64,000 bases of DNA from Candidatus Rokuibacteriota bacterium (GTDB lineage Bacteria > Methylomirabilota > Methylomirabilia > Rokubacteriales > CSP1-6): NCBI GenBank assembly GCA_003220495.1, contig QHSP01000041.1:6925-70924 (forward strand), written 5' to 3'. The notes under the pieces are model-generated. The model saw only the letters and a program-made list of their open reading frames with translations, was not told the DNA's origin and searched no databases. Below, piece after piece: positions 1 to 9,265 of the stretch; within the stretch, counting starts at the first letter, position 1, and the number at the start of each line of letters is the position of its first letter. The translations under genes and the position numbers were made by a program.

Positions 1-1139
1 AAGACGCGCGCGGGGTTCTCGGCCATCACGCGGGCCAGCCATGGGGCGGGCAGCCCGCGCTTCGCGATCCCTTCGCTGAAGGCGAGTGGCGCGAGCGTCT
101 CGAGCGACGGCGCGCCGAAGGGAATCGGCTTGCCCTGCGCATCGACGAAGATGTTCTTGCGGCCCGGCTCCTTCGCCGCGGGCACGCGGGGCGAGTGATC
201 GCTGGCGAGGTTGGCGATGAAGCCCTGGGCCGAGCCTTCCCAGAGCGCCGCGCGGTCAGGACCGTCGGCGGGCCTGAGCGGCGGCCCGATCTTGGCGAAC
301 GGCCCCAGCCGCTCCATCTCCTTGTCGGTGAGGAGCAGATATTGCGGGCAGGTCTCGCACCACACGCGCTGGCCCTCGGCCTGGGCGCGCTTGATGCGCT
401 CGAGACCGAGCCGCGTCGACAGGTGCACGACGTACACGGGACACCCGGTGAGCCGTCCGATGAGGATCGCGCGGTTGATCGCCTCTTCTTCCGTCCAGTC
501 CGGGCAGGTCGGCGGAAAGTCGGTCGGCGCGGTACGGCCCTCGGCGATCGCCTTGTCCTCGAGATAGCAGAGGACGTCGCCGTTCTCGCAGTGGAGCTGG
601 CAGAGCCCGCCGAGCTGGGCGAGCTTCTCCATCGTCTTGGCGATGAACTCGTCGGAGACCATGCGCTTGCCGCGCTTTTTGTAGGTCATGAAGAGCTTGA
701 TCGACGACACGCCCATGCGGAACGCTTCGGGGATGCCCTCCAGGATGTAGGGCTCGTGGTTCAGGATGAAGTGGAAGCCGAAGTCGAGGACGGAGCGCGA
801 CTCCGCATCTTCGCGCAGCCGGGCGGTCGCCTTTGGCAAGGTCTCCCCCTCGTCGTAGGTGACGAAAGGCAGGAGCGTCGTCAGCCCCGTGCGCGCGGCC
901 GCGAGCGGCGCCGTGCGCCAGTCGTCGTACTCCGGGCCGATGTGCAGGTGGCAGTCGATCAGACCGGGCAGCACGAGCTTGCCGGAGGCATCGATCACGC
1001 GGTCGGCCTTGGGCAGGAGCGAATCGGGGCCGATCGCGACGATCTTGTCGTCGCGGATGGCGACGGCCGCCTCGACCACGTCCGTGCTCGTCACGACCCG
1101 GCCGCCGCGGACGACGACGTCGACGCCGGTGGCGCTCAT
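1..1139 (-). CDS. D-hydantoinase/dihydropyrimidinase-type cyclic amidohydrolase (C-terminal end runs off the window start)
   Basis: Own minus-strand translation from ATG at 1139-1137: MSATGVDVVVRGGRVVTSTDVVEAAVAIRDDKIVAIG...LVLPGLIDCHLHIGPEY...SSIKLFMTYKK...QLHCENGD...VYVVHLST. This is the amidohydrolase HxH plus Lys/His/His/Asp pattern of hydantoinases. It is missing from the ORF track because no stop lies inside the window. The 195..1184 + ORF is its antisense shadow. ATGA overlap with the upstream gene. Confidence 0.8.
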   Translation of the reverse strand, partial: MSATGVDVVVRGGRVVTSTDVVEAAVAIRDDKIVAIGPDSLLPKADRVIDASGKLVLPGLIDCHLHIGPEYDDWRTAPLAAARTGLTTLLPFVTYDEGETLPKATARLREDAESRSVLDFGFHFILNHEPYILEGIPEAFRMGVSSIKLFMTYKKRGKRMVSDEFIAKTMEKLAQLGGLCQLHCENGDVLCYLEDKAIAEGRTAPTDFPPTCPDWTEEEAINRAILIGRLTGCPVYVVHLSTRLGLERIKRAQAEGQRVWCETCPQYLLLTDKEMERLGPFAKIGPPLRPADGPDRAALWEGSAQGFIANLASDHSPRVPAAKEPGRKNIFVDAQGKPIPFGAPSLETLAPLAFSEGIAKRGLPAPWLARVMAENPARV

Positions 1140-2026
1140 CGATGGGGCTCCCGCTCGGTGACGGGCTTGAGCATCTCGCCGTAGTGCTGCGGCTGTCGCC
1201 GCCCGAGGAAGTTCCAGCGCTTGCGGAGCGGTCCCATCTGGTCGAAGTCGATCCGCGCCACGACGAGCTCGTCGCCGCGCGTCGCCGCCTTCGCCAGCAC
1301 CTGACCCTGAGGATCGATGATGCACGAGCCGGCGATCAGCTCGACGCCGTCCTCCAGGCCCGCCTTGGCGACGCCGACCACGAAGCAGAGGTTCGCGTAG
1401 GCGCCGGCGCGCATGCAGAGCTCGTTGAGGTCGAGCGCCAGGGCCGAGATTGGCGTGTTGTACCCGATCACGATGATCTCGGCGCCTTGCAGCGCGAGCG
1501 CGCGATAGCTCTCGGGATAGCGGCGGTCCTGGCAGATCGCGACGCCGACCTTGGCGCCGGCCGCGTCGAACACGCGATAGCCCGTGTCGCCGTGGGCGAA
1601 GTAGTAGGGCTCGTACACCTGCGCGAAGCCGTCGGCCGCCTTCGTGCCGGGCAGGTGGATCTTGCGGAACGTGCCACAGAGCCGCCCGTCGCGGTCGGTC
1701 AGCAGCGCGGTGTTGAAGTACTGGCCGTCCGCCTTCTCGCAGAAGCCCACGTGCACGGCCACGCGCGCGGCGGCGGCGCGGCGCAGCAGCGGCTCGAGCG
1801 CCTTCGGCGGCACCTCGGTCTCGAAGAACTGGTCGAAGTCGGAGCGGATCCGCTTGGGAAAGTACGTCGTCAGCGCCATCTCCGGGTAGACGATCAGCTC
1901 CACGCCGTCGCGCGCGGCCCCATCGAGGAGCGCCAGCATCCGCTCGACGATCGCCTCGCGCGGTGTCCCGTCCTGATTCGGCCCCATCTGGGCGGCGGCG
2001 ACTTTCAGATAGCGCGGCATGGCCAT
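1136..2026 (-). CDS. N-carbamoyl-D-amino-acid hydrolase (nitrilase/CN-hydrolase superfamily)
   Basis: 296-aa ORF: MAMPRYLKVAAAQMGP...LIVYPEMALTTYFP...FRKIHLPG...GVAICQDRRYPE (Glu-Lys-Cys triad context). Its stop overlaps the hydantoinase ATG (ATGA), the classic hydantoinase-process pair. Confidence 0.8.
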   Translation of the reverse strand: MAMPRYLKVAAAQMGPNQDGTPREAIVERMLALLDGAARDGVELIVYPEMALTTYFPKRIRSDFDQFFETEVPPKALEPLLRRAAAARVAVHVGFCEKADGQYFNTALLTDRDGRLCGTFRKIHLPGTKAADGFAQVYEPYYFAHGDTGYRVFDAAGAKVGVAICQDRRYPESYRALALQGAEIIVIGYNTPISALALDLNELCMRAGAYANLCFVVGVAKAGLEDGVELIAGSCIIDPQGQVLAKAATRGDELVVARIDFDQMGPLRKRWNFLGRRQPQHYGEMLKPVTEREPHR

Positions 2027-2087
2027 CCTCCTCCTGGTGCGATCAAGGTCGGATTCTACCGGAGCCGTGTACGCCTTTGCACGCCAT

Positions 2088-2103
2088 CTGCAAGAACTTG
2101 CAG
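2088..2103. promoter_or_regulatory. Inverted repeat CTGCAAG-AA-CTTGCAG, candidate enhancer/operator site
   Basis: 7-bp perfect arms in the divergent intergenic region, about 125 bp upstream of the sigma-54-like promoter at 2220. That position fits a bEBP upstream activating sequence. It could equally be an operator for the divergent carbamoylase operon. Confidence 0.3.
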
Positions 2104-2219
2104 CCTCGACACGATACCCGGAATCCAGCGTCGGCCCTTGTCCGACACAACCGTCGGAAGATTGTGCCCTTGTGAGCGGGCAGGGCTGGCTCGCGCTCTG
2201 AGCTCAATCGCGGAGCGTG

Positions 2220-2235
2220 TGGCACAGATCTTGCC
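2220..2235 (+). promoter_or_regulatory. Sigma-54 (RpoN) -24/-12 promoter
   Basis: TGGCACagatcTTGCC exactly fits TGGCAC-N5-TTGC. It lies about 40 nt upstream of the ATG at 2275, which has a GAGGAGG Shine-Dalgarno. Confidence 0.55.
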
Positions 2236-2274
2236 AATTTCGCGATCAGACAGACGACGCATCGAGGAGGCCGA

Positions 2275-2727
2275 ATGAAAATCGTGCGCGGTTGGGTTCC
2301 CGTTCTCGTGATGGCCAGCGTCCTGGTAGCGCTGGTGCAGGCCGACGCCGCCCATCTCAAGGAGAGCGCGCGTAAGCACAAGATCGTCTACCAGCTCGAC
2401 GACGCGGGCATCGACAAAGCGAAGTTCGTCCTGGGGAACATCCGCAATCACATTTCGGGAGTCGGCGGATCGCAGAACATCGAATCCCTCGAGCTCGTGG
2501 TCTTCGGGCCGGCGCTGAAGTCGTTCGTTCAGATGGAGCCGGCGCTCCTGCAGATGCTGGACGCCCTGCAGCTACAGGGCATGACCTTCGGCGCGTGCGG
2601 GAACACGATGAAGAATTTCAGCATTACGGCGGAGCAGCTGCCGCCCAAGTCGCTCATTCTGCCGCAGGGTGGCGTTGTCCGGATCATGGAGCTCCAGGAG
2701 CAGGGATACATTTATATGCGGCCCTGA
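2275..2727 (+). CDS. Secreted DsrE/DsrF-like family protein (COG1416-like)
   Basis: 150 aa with an N-terminal signal-like hydrophobic segment (VPVLVMASVLVALVQADA), then KIVYQLDD...LELVVFGPA...FGACGNTM, typical of DsrE-like small proteins. Confidence 0.65.
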   Translation: MKIVRGWVPVLVMASVLVALVQADAAHLKESARKHKIVYQLDDAGIDKAKFVLGNIRNHISGVGGSQNIESLELVVFGPALKSFVQMEPALLQMLDALQLQGMTFGACGNTMKNFSITAEQLPPKSLILPQGGVVRIMELQEQGYIYMRP

Positions 2728-2750
2728 TCGGTGTTATTGGAGGACAGACG

Positions 2751-3596
2751 ATGCGTGGATGCCCACTGACGATTTCGAGCGTATTCATCGCAATCTTGTT
2801 GACGGCTCCCGCCGCGGTGCTCGCGCATCCCCATGGGGCCGAGCCGATCATCATCGGTATCGCGCCGCAGCAAGAGCCGGAGAAGGTGCGCGCGATGTGG
2901 CAGCCCTTCCTCCGCTATCTCGAGAAGGAAGTCGGCCACGCGTTCGCGTTCGAGACCGCGTCGTCGATCGAAGAGTTTCAGCAGCGCGTCCTCGAAGGAC
3001 GATACGACATCTGGTGGGGCAACCCGCTGACGTATATCCAGGCGAGCAAGCGGCTCGGCTACATGGCGATCGCGCGGGATACCACGCGGATCGCCGGGCT
3101 GCTCGTCACGCTCAAGGATGGCGAGGTGAAGTCGCCCAAGGAGCTGACGGGCAAGAAGATCGCCTACTCGGCCCCCGACGCGATCGGCGGAACCTTGCTC
3201 GTGCAGAGCTACCTGGCCCGTGTCGGCGTCGCGCCCGATCAAGTCGAGACCATGTACACCGGCTCCCACGACGCGGCCTATCGCGCGGTCCTGGACGGCA
3301 AGGCGGCGGCGGCCGGCGGCGTCCCCCGGAGCTTCAACGCGCTCGATCCGGCGCAGCGCGAGAAGCTGGTCGTTCTCACGCGAACCGAGGAAGTCGCGCC
3401 TCAGCCCTTCGCCGTCCATCCGCGCGTCTACCGGAGCGTCGTCACCAAGATCCAGCGGGCGCTGCTCAAGCTCAACTGGGCTCCCGAGGGAAAGGACATT
3501 CTCGCGTCGATTCAGTACAAGGAGATCGTCGTCTCGAACGACTTCGACTACGACATCCACCGCGACGTGGCGCAGCGCCTGAAGATTCCCTATTGA
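2751..3596 (+). CDS. PhnD/SsuA-type periplasmic substrate-binding protein (phosphonate-ABC-like)
   Basis: Start chosen at ATG 2751 (GGAGGA 6 nt upstream): MRGCPLTISSVFIAILLTAPAAVLA signal, then IIIGIAPQQEPEKVRAMWQPFLRYLEKEVG...RYDIWWGNPLTY, resembling PhnD-like binding proteins. The track ORF from 2595 is an out-of-context N-extension overlapping the previous gene. Confidence 0.75.
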   Translation: MRGCPLTISSVFIAILLTAPAAVLAHPHGAEPIIIGIAPQQEPEKVRAMWQPFLRYLEKEVGHAFAFETASSIEEFQQRVLEGRYDIWWGNPLTYIQASKRLGYMAIARDTTRIAGLLVTLKDGEVKSPKELTGKKIAYSAPDAIGGTLLVQSYLARVGVAPDQVETMYTGSHDAAYRAVLDGKAAAAGGVPRSFNALDPAQREKLVVLTRTEEVAPQPFAVHPRVYRSVVTKIQRALLKLNWAPEGKDILASIQYKEIVVSNDFDYDIHRDVAQRLKIPY

Positions 3597-3639
3597 GTCA
3601 TCGCACGGAAGCGGGCACGAGCTCCGCCGAGGCACCGGC

Positions 3640-5820
3640 ATGAGCAGTGACGTCGGCGAACGCACGCACGTCGGCCGGCGGGTTCGGGGTCGCTACCGGA
3701 TCGTCGGTGAGCTGGGGTCCGGCGCCTTCGGGACCGTGTGCGTCGCCGAAGACGAGACGACCGCGCAGCGCGTCGCGATCCGATTCCTCCCGCGCGAGCT
3801 CGCCGCCTCGCGCCACGTCGTCCGCGCGGTCCAGAGCATGGGGCGGTCGATCGCCGCCGCGTCGGCGGGCCACCCGGGGCTCGTCCGAGTCCTGGAGCTC
3901 GGGGAGGCCGAGCCCGGTCAGCCCTACGCGGTCATGGAGCTCCTCGAGGGCCGCCTTCTGAGCGACGCCATGACCGGGAGCCGGCCCCTCGACGTCGGGA
4001 GGGCGCGACGCTGGGCAGTCGGTCTCGGCGGCGCGGTCGAGGCGCTCCACAACGTCGGCCTCGTCCACGGCAGACTCCGCCCCCGCAACGTGATGGTCCT
4101 CCCCGATGGCCGGGTCAAGCTCATGGACGTGGAGCTGACCGGTCTCTTCGGCACGTCCGCGCCGCAGAACGTTCCGGCGGAGTATCTCGCGCCCGAGGAG
4201 ATTCGCCGAGCGCCGGTGACCGAGAAGACGGATATCTATGCGTTCGCGGCGATCGTCTACGAGATGTTTTCCGGCGCGCCGCCCTTCCAGGCACCGACCC
4301 GCGATGCCGTGATCGCGAAGCACCTTTCCGAGCCGCCGCCGCCCATGGCCCGCGGACGCGCGTCGGCCTCGGCGGAGCGAGTCGTCATGCACGCGCTCGA
4401 GAAGAATCCAGAGCTCAGGCCCTGGATGCACGACCTGCTCAACGGGCTCTGGGAAGAGACGAGCGCCCCGGAGACGACACGCGGATGGAAACGCCCGGCC
4501 GCTGTCGGAGCCGGCGTTGCCGTCGCCGCGTCGATCGCCGCCCTCGGGATCTGGGGGTTGCTGGCACCTCGGCAGCCGGCTGTTCACTCGTCGGTGCGGC
4601 CGACGGCGCCGCCAGCGGAAATGGCGCCGACCGGCGCGCGCACGATCGCGAGCCCGGCGCCCGCGCTGGCGCGCACGGAATCGGCGGCCAGGCCATCGGC
4701 GCCGGTGATGGTCTCCGCACCGGTGATGACGGTGCCGCCTCCGTCCGTGCCACAGACGCCGCCGGCGCGCTCGACGCCGAGTGCGCCTGCCGCCGAGCTC
4801 CGTGTTGCGCCCGTCCCGGCCACACCGCCCTCACCCCCGCAGGTCCCGACCGAGCCGGTGAAGGCGACACCACCGGCGGCGCCGCCTTCACCGCGGGTTG
4901 CCGCGGTCACGTCCGGTGGCGTCGGCTCGAGGTCGGTGTCGGCCGAGGTGCAACCTCACCGGAGAACGTACCGGGTGGGTTGGCTGGATTCCGGCCGGGC
5001 CACCGCCCAGTATCAAGAGATCGTCAAGCAAGCCCTCGTCGGCTATCCCCGTGAGGTCGCGTTCGAGTACCGATCCGCCGACGGACAGACGGCCCGGCTC
5101 CAGGGCTTCGCGGCCGAGCTCGTGCAGCTCAACGTCGATGTCGTGTTCGCCGTGGGAAACCAGGCGATCCAGGCGGCGAAGCAGGCGACCACCACGATCC
5201 CGATCGTCATGCTCGGTTCCGACGCCGTACGACGCGACGAATCCAACGCCAACATGACGGGCGTGACTTATTCGTCGGCGGACCTGGCGCGCGGCTGGCT
5301 GAGCTTGCTGAAGGAGATCCGCCCACTCTCTCGCGTGGCCGTGGTTTCGGGCGCGGACCCGGCGAGTCGCGCGGAATTGACGAATCTCCAGACCGCCGCC
5401 GCGAATGCGGGCGCGAAGATCCAGCCCTATGCCGTTCAAGACGGCGACGCGCTGGGCGGCCTGTTCGCGGGGCCGCCGACCGAGCGGGCCGAGGCGATCA
5501 TCGTACTGGGCGGTCCCGTGACGCTGGCCCACCTGCCACGGATCGTGGATCTGGCCGGCCGGGCCAGGGTGCCGACGATCTACGGCTCCAGTGAGTTCGT
5601 GGAGGCGGGCGGCCTCCTCGCGTACGGGCCGAGTACTCCCGCCCTGTACCGCCGCGCGGGCGCCTATATCGGCAAGATCCTCGGCCCGACGAATCCGCGG
5701 GACCTCCCGATCGAGCAGCCGTCCCGGTTCGAGCTCGTCGTCAATCTCAAGACCGCCCGGGCGCTCGGGCTCACGCTTCCTTCGTCGCTGGTCCTTCGAG
5801 CCGACCGCGTCCTGCAGTGA
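3640..5820 (+). CDS. Membrane-anchored Ser/Thr-kinase-fold protein (predicted pseudokinase) fused to an ABC_sub_bind-type periplasmic binding domain
   Basis: N-terminal Hanks kinase fold (GSGAFGTV, YLAPEE), one TM segment (AAVGAGVAVAASIAALGIWGLL) and a Pro/Ala-rich linker. The C-terminal domain (YRVGWLDSG...IPIVMLGSD...LLAYGPS...ELVVNLKTARALGLTLP) is typical of PF04392-like binding proteins. Catalytic motifs are degenerate; see the findings. Confidence 0.85.
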   Translation: MSSDVGERTHVGRRVRGRYRIVGELGSGAFGTVCVAEDETTAQRVAIRFLPRELAASRHVVRAVQSMGRSIAAASAGHPGLVRVLELGEAEPGQPYAVMELLEGRLLSDAMTGSRPLDVGRARRWAVGLGGAVEALHNVGLVHGRLRPRNVMVLPDGRVKLMDVELTGLFGTSAPQNVPAEYLAPEEIRRAPVTEKTDIYAFAAIVYEMFSGAPPFQAPTRDAVIAKHLSEPPPPMARGRASASAERVVMHALEKNPELRPWMHDLLNGLWEETSAPETTRGWKRPAAVGAGVAVAASIAALGIWGLLAPRQPAVHSSVRPTAPPAEMAPTGARTIASPAPALARTESAARPSAPVMVSAPVMTVPPPSVPQTPPARSTPSAPAAELRVAPVPATPPSPPQVPTEPVKATPPAAPPSPRVAAVTSGGVGSRSVSAEVQPHRRTYRVGWLDSGRATAQYQEIVKQALVGYPREVAFEYRSADGQTARLQGFAAELVQLNVDVVFAVGNQAIQAAKQATTTIPIVMLGSDAVRRDESNANMTGVTYSSADLARGWLSLLKEIRPLSRVAVVSGADPASRAELTNLQTAAANAGAKIQPYAVQDGDALGGLFAGPPTERAEAIIVLGGPVTLAHLPRIVDLAGRARVPTIYGSSEFVEAGGLLAYGPSTPALYRRAGAYIGKILGPTNPRDLPIEQPSRFELVVNLKTARALGLTLPSSLVLRADRVLQ

Positions 5821-5859
5821 GCGAGCGCGGCCTTCGCCGATTCGCCGGACGACCCCGCT

Positions 5860-6552
5860 CTATTCCGCAGCCAGCCGATAGCCGACACCGGACTCCGTGA
5901 GCAGATAGCGCGGTCGGGCCGGCTCCGCCTCGAGCTTGTGCCGCAGGTGCGCCATGTAGACCCGCGCGTAGTGGGCCTGCTCGGTGTGCGCCGGCCCCCA
6001 CACCTCGCGAAGCAGCTGCTGGTGCGTGACGACCTTACCCGCGTGACGCACCAGGGTCGTCAGAAGCTTGTACTCGATCGGCGTCAGATGCATTTCTTTG
6101 TCGCCGACGAACACCTGGCGGCGCACGAGATGGACGCGTAGCTCGCCCACCCTGAAGACGGCGTCGTCACCCTCATGCGACGCGCCGGCGGTGTGGCGGA
6201 GCGCCACGCGGATTCGCGCGAGCAGCTCGCCGGCGCCGAACGGTTTGCTCATGTAGTCGTCGGCGCCCGCGTCGAGCGCCGTGACCTTGTCGCGCTCCTG
6301 ACCGCGCGCCGACAGCACGATCACGGGCACGGCGGTCCATTCGCGTACGCGACGGATCACGTCCAGGCCATCCATGTCGGGCAGGCCGAGGTCGATGATG
6401 ACGACGTCCGGCTGACGGGAGCTGACCTCGACCACGCCATCGGCTCCGGTCGTCGCCTCGAAGAGCCGATAGCCCTGCCCCTCGAGCGTGGCCCGGAGGA
6501 ATTTGCGGATCTGGGGCTCGTCCTCGATGACGACGACGACAGGGTCAGGCAT
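5860..6552 (-). CDS. kdpE: OmpR-family response regulator KdpE
   Basis: MPDPVVVVIEDEPQIRKFL...IIDLGLPDMDG...SARGQERDKV..DAGADDYMSKPF, plus a winged-helix C-terminus (LTPIEYKLL...GVGYRL). Start taken at ATG 6552, 8-nt overlap with the kdpD stop. The track N-extension to 6750 overlaps kdpD. Confidence 0.9.
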   Translation of the reverse strand: MPDPVVVVIEDEPQIRKFLRATLEGQGYRLFEATTGADGVVEVSSRQPDVVIIDLGLPDMDGLDVIRRVREWTAVPVIVLSARGQERDKVTALDAGADDYMSKPFGAGELLARIRVALRHTAGASHEGDDAVFRVGELRVHLVRRQVFVGDKEMHLTPIEYKLLTTLVRHAGKVVTHQQLLREVWGPAHTEQAHYARVYMAHLRHKLEAEPARPRYLLTESGVGYRLAAE

Positions 6553-9265
6553 CCGCGGGCACGGAGGCGGGCGCCTTGCCGGCGAGCGGCAGCGTGAAGA
6601 GGAACGCCACGCCGCCCTCGGGCAGATTCTGCGCCCAGATGTGCCCGTCGTGCGCCTTGACGATGCCCTGCGAGATCGCGAGGCCGAGCCCGGCGCCCCG
6701 ACCGCCGGGCAGCCCGCGATAGAACTTCTCGAAGACCTTGTCTTCATCACCGCGCGGCAGGCCCGGCCCGTGGTCGGCGACCTCGACCGTCACCGCCTCG
6801 TCGGTCGACGTCGCCAGGATGCGGATTGGACTCGAGGTTGGCGTGTACTTGATCGCGTTGTCGAGGAGGTTGACCAGCACCTGCTCGATCAGGACGTCGT
6901 CGATCGGCACCAGCGGCAGATCGGCCGGCACGTGGGTGTCCACGCGTCGGTCGGCGAGCTCCTTGCCGAGACGGCTCAGCGCCGCGCCGATGACCTCCTC
7001 GAGCGGATGCCATTCCTTGCGGAGCTGCAGTGCGCCGGACTCGAGCCGGGTCATCTCGAGGAGGTTCTGGACGAGACGGTTGAGCCGATCGGCTTCCTCG
7101 CGCACCGACTCCAGCAGCTCCTGGCGCGTCGGCGCGTCGAGCTTCGAGCCGCTGTCCAGCATGGTCGTGGCCGCGCCCTTGATCGTGGCCAGCGGCGTTC
7201 GCAAGTCGTGCGAGACCGAGCTGAGCAACGAGTTGCGCAGCCGTTCGGTCTCGATGCGCACCTGGGCCTGCTGCGCCTCGTCGGCCAGATGCGCGCGCTC
7301 GATCGCGAGCGCGGTCTGGTTGGAGAAGGTCTCGAGCTGGTGGAGCTGATCGGGAGAATCGAGCGCGTGGCGATCGGCGGGCCGAATGCCGAGCACACCG
7401 ACGGGCCCGCGCGGCGCCTGAAGCGGCAGGTACAGCGCGGCGGCACCGGGGAGAGTGGAGGTGCCGAGACCCGCGGGCTGATGGTGCTCATGCACCCACT
7501 TGGCCACGCCGAGCTCGTTCGAGTCGAGGGTGAACTGGCCGCCGGGCGAGGACACCAGGCTCTCGCCGCCGGCGCCGGGGAGGAGCACGACGATCTGGCT
7601 TCGAAAGACCTCGCTGATGTGCCGCACCGCAATCGTCAGGAGCTCGTCGAGGCCGCGCGTGCTCGCGAGCTCTCGGCTCATCGCGTAGAGCGCCGCCGTC
7701 CGCTGCTCGCGCTGGCGGGCGGCCTCCGCTTGCATGCGGATCCGCGCGGCCAGGCCGCTGGTGACGAGCCCGACGATCAGCATCACCACGAAGGTGAAGA
7801 GATACCGGACGTCGGAGACCGCGAACGTGAAGACGGGCGGCACGAAGAGGAAGTCGAGGACGGCGACGCTCAGGATCGAGGCCATGAGCGATGGACCCCG
7901 GCCGTAGCGCGTGGCGACGACGACGATGCCGAGCAGGTACACCATGACCTGATTGGCGAGCTCGAAGAACGGCAACGTGAGCCACGCGGCGCCGGTGGCC
8001 AGCGCGACGACGGCCATCGCCCAGGCGTAGGGCGCCAAGTCTGACGGAATCGCCCGGCGGCCCGCCGGCGCCGGCGGCACCCCCTGCGGCTCGCGCTCGG
8101 CGCTGATGACGTAGATGTCGATGTCGCCGCTACCCAGCACGAGCGCGTCGACGATCGAGCCGATCAGAATCCGCGTCCAGAGCCGGCGCCGCGGCTTGCC
8201 CACCACGATCTTCGTCACGTTGCGGTCGTGCGCAAAGCCGAGGATCGCCTCGCTCATCTTCTGTCCCGGCAGCCTGACTGTCTCGGCGCCCAGCTGTTCG
8301 GCCAGCCGGAGCGTCTGCGTCACGCGGTCGCGGACCTGGGGCGGAAGCCGGAGCTGCGCCGGAGTCTCCACATAGGCGGCAACCCACGGCGCGCCGAGCC
8401 GGTCGGCCATCCGCCTCCCCGCGCGCACGAGCCGCGCCGATTCCGGTCCGGGACTAATGCACACCAGGAGCCGCTCCGCCGTCGGCCAGGCCTTGCCGAT
8501 CGCGTGCTCGTGCATGTAGACGCGCATCTGCGCGTCGACCCGTTCGGCGGTGCGGCGCAGGGCGAGCTCGCGCAGCGCGATCAGGTTGCCCTTGCGGAAG
8601 AAATTCTTGACGGCCTCCTGGGCCTGCTCGGGCATGTACACCTTGCCGTCCTTGAAGCGCTCCAGGAGCTCGTCGGGAGGCAGGTCGATCAGCTCGACCT
8701 CGTCGGCCTGCTCGAACACCGAGTCCGGCACCGTCTCGCGCACCACGACGCCCGTGATCTTGGCGACGACGTCGTTGAGAGTCTCGAGGTGCTGGACGTT
8801 CATGGTGGTGTAGACGTTGATGCCGGCGTCGAGCAGCTCGACCACGTCTTGCCAGCGCTTGGCGTGTCGCAAGCCGGGCGCGTTGGTGTGCGCCAGCTCG
8901 TCGACGAGGATGAGCGTGGGGTGGCGCGCGAGCGCGGCGTCGAGTTCGAACTCGCGCAGCGTCGTGCCGCGATAGTCGACCGTCATCGGGTGGAGGGTCT
9001 CGAGGCCCGCGAGCAGCGCGTCGGTCTCGGCCCGGCCGTGAGTCTCGACATACCCGACGACCGTGTCGACCCCGTCGGCCTTCTGCTCTCGCACGGCTTC
9101 GAGCATCGAGTACGTCTTGCCGACCCCGGCGGCGGCGCCGAGGAATATCTTCAGCTTTCCTCGACGCTGACGTGCTTCCTCCGCCTTGACGCGAGCCAGG
9201 AGCGCTTCGGGGTCTGGCCGGTCGGTGCCCACGGCCCTAGTGTAGCGCCAGGGGCTCGCCCGCAC
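6545..9265 (-). CDS. kdpD: Sensor histidine kinase KdpD
   Basis: 906 aa with the KdpD N-terminal P-loop domain (KIFLGAAAGVGKTYSML), a Usp-like region, 4 TM, a GAF-like region, the HisKA H-box (SVSHDLRTPL) and an HATPase_c domain (DNAIKY...DHGPGLP...GLGLAI). Confidence 0.9.
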   Translation of the reverse strand: MRASPWRYTRAVGTDRPDPEALLARVKAEEARQRRGKLKIFLGAAAGVGKTYSMLEAVREQKADGVDTVVGYVETHGRAETDALLAGLETLHPMTVDYRGTTLREFELDAALARHPTLILVDELAHTNAPGLRHAKRWQDVVELLDAGINVYTTMNVQHLETLNDVVAKITGVVVRETVPDSVFEQADEVELIDLPPDELLERFKDGKVYMPEQAQEAVKNFFRKGNLIALRELALRRTAERVDAQMRVYMHEHAIGKAWPTAERLLVCISPGPESARLVRAGRRMADRLGAPWVAAYVETPAQLRLPPQVRDRVTQTLRLAEQLGAETVRLPGQKMSEAILGFAHDRNVTKIVVGKPRRRLWTRILIGSIVDALVLGSGDIDIYVISAEREPQGVPPAPAGRRAIPSDLAPYAWAMAVVALATGAAWLTLPFFELANQVMVYLLGIVVVATRYGRGPSLMASILSVAVLDFLFVPPVFTFAVSDVRYLFTFVVMLIVGLVTSGLAARIRMQAEAARQREQRTAALYAMSRELASTRGLDELLTIAVRHISEVFRSQIVVLLPGAGGESLVSSPGGQFTLDSNELGVAKWVHEHHQPAGLGTSTLPGAAALYLPLQAPRGPVGVLGIRPADRHALDSPDQLHQLETFSNQTALAIERAHLADEAQQAQVRIETERLRNSLLSSVSHDLRTPLATIKGAATTMLDSGSKLDAPTRQELLESVREEADRLNRLVQNLLEMTRLESGALQLRKEWHPLEEVIGAALSRLGKELADRRVDTHVPADLPLVPIDDVLIEQVLVNLLDNAIKYTPTSSPIRILATSTDEAVTVEVADHGPGLPRGDEDKVFEKFYRGLPGGRGAGLGLAISQGIVKAHDGHIWAQNLPEGGVAFLFTLPLAGKAPASVPADA

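Noticed and set aside
195-1184. 329-aa plus-strand ORF, and similar very long ORFs elsewhere: 6488..8044 +, 12661..14331 -, 16196..18319 -, 3598..4587 -, 37350..38987 -, 40664..42430 +, 55272..57338 -.
   Set aside because: All lie antisense or out of frame to genes with clear family signatures. Their translations are Arg/Ala/Gly/Pro-rich low-complexity strings, typical of stop-codon-poor shadow frames in high-G+C DNA.
4600-4900. Pro/Ala/Ser-rich, repeat-looking stretch as a separate low-complexity gene or tandem DNA repeat.
   Set aside because: It is in frame within the pseudokinase ORF between the TM helix and the binding domain. It is a linker, and no exact nucleotide periodicity was seen.
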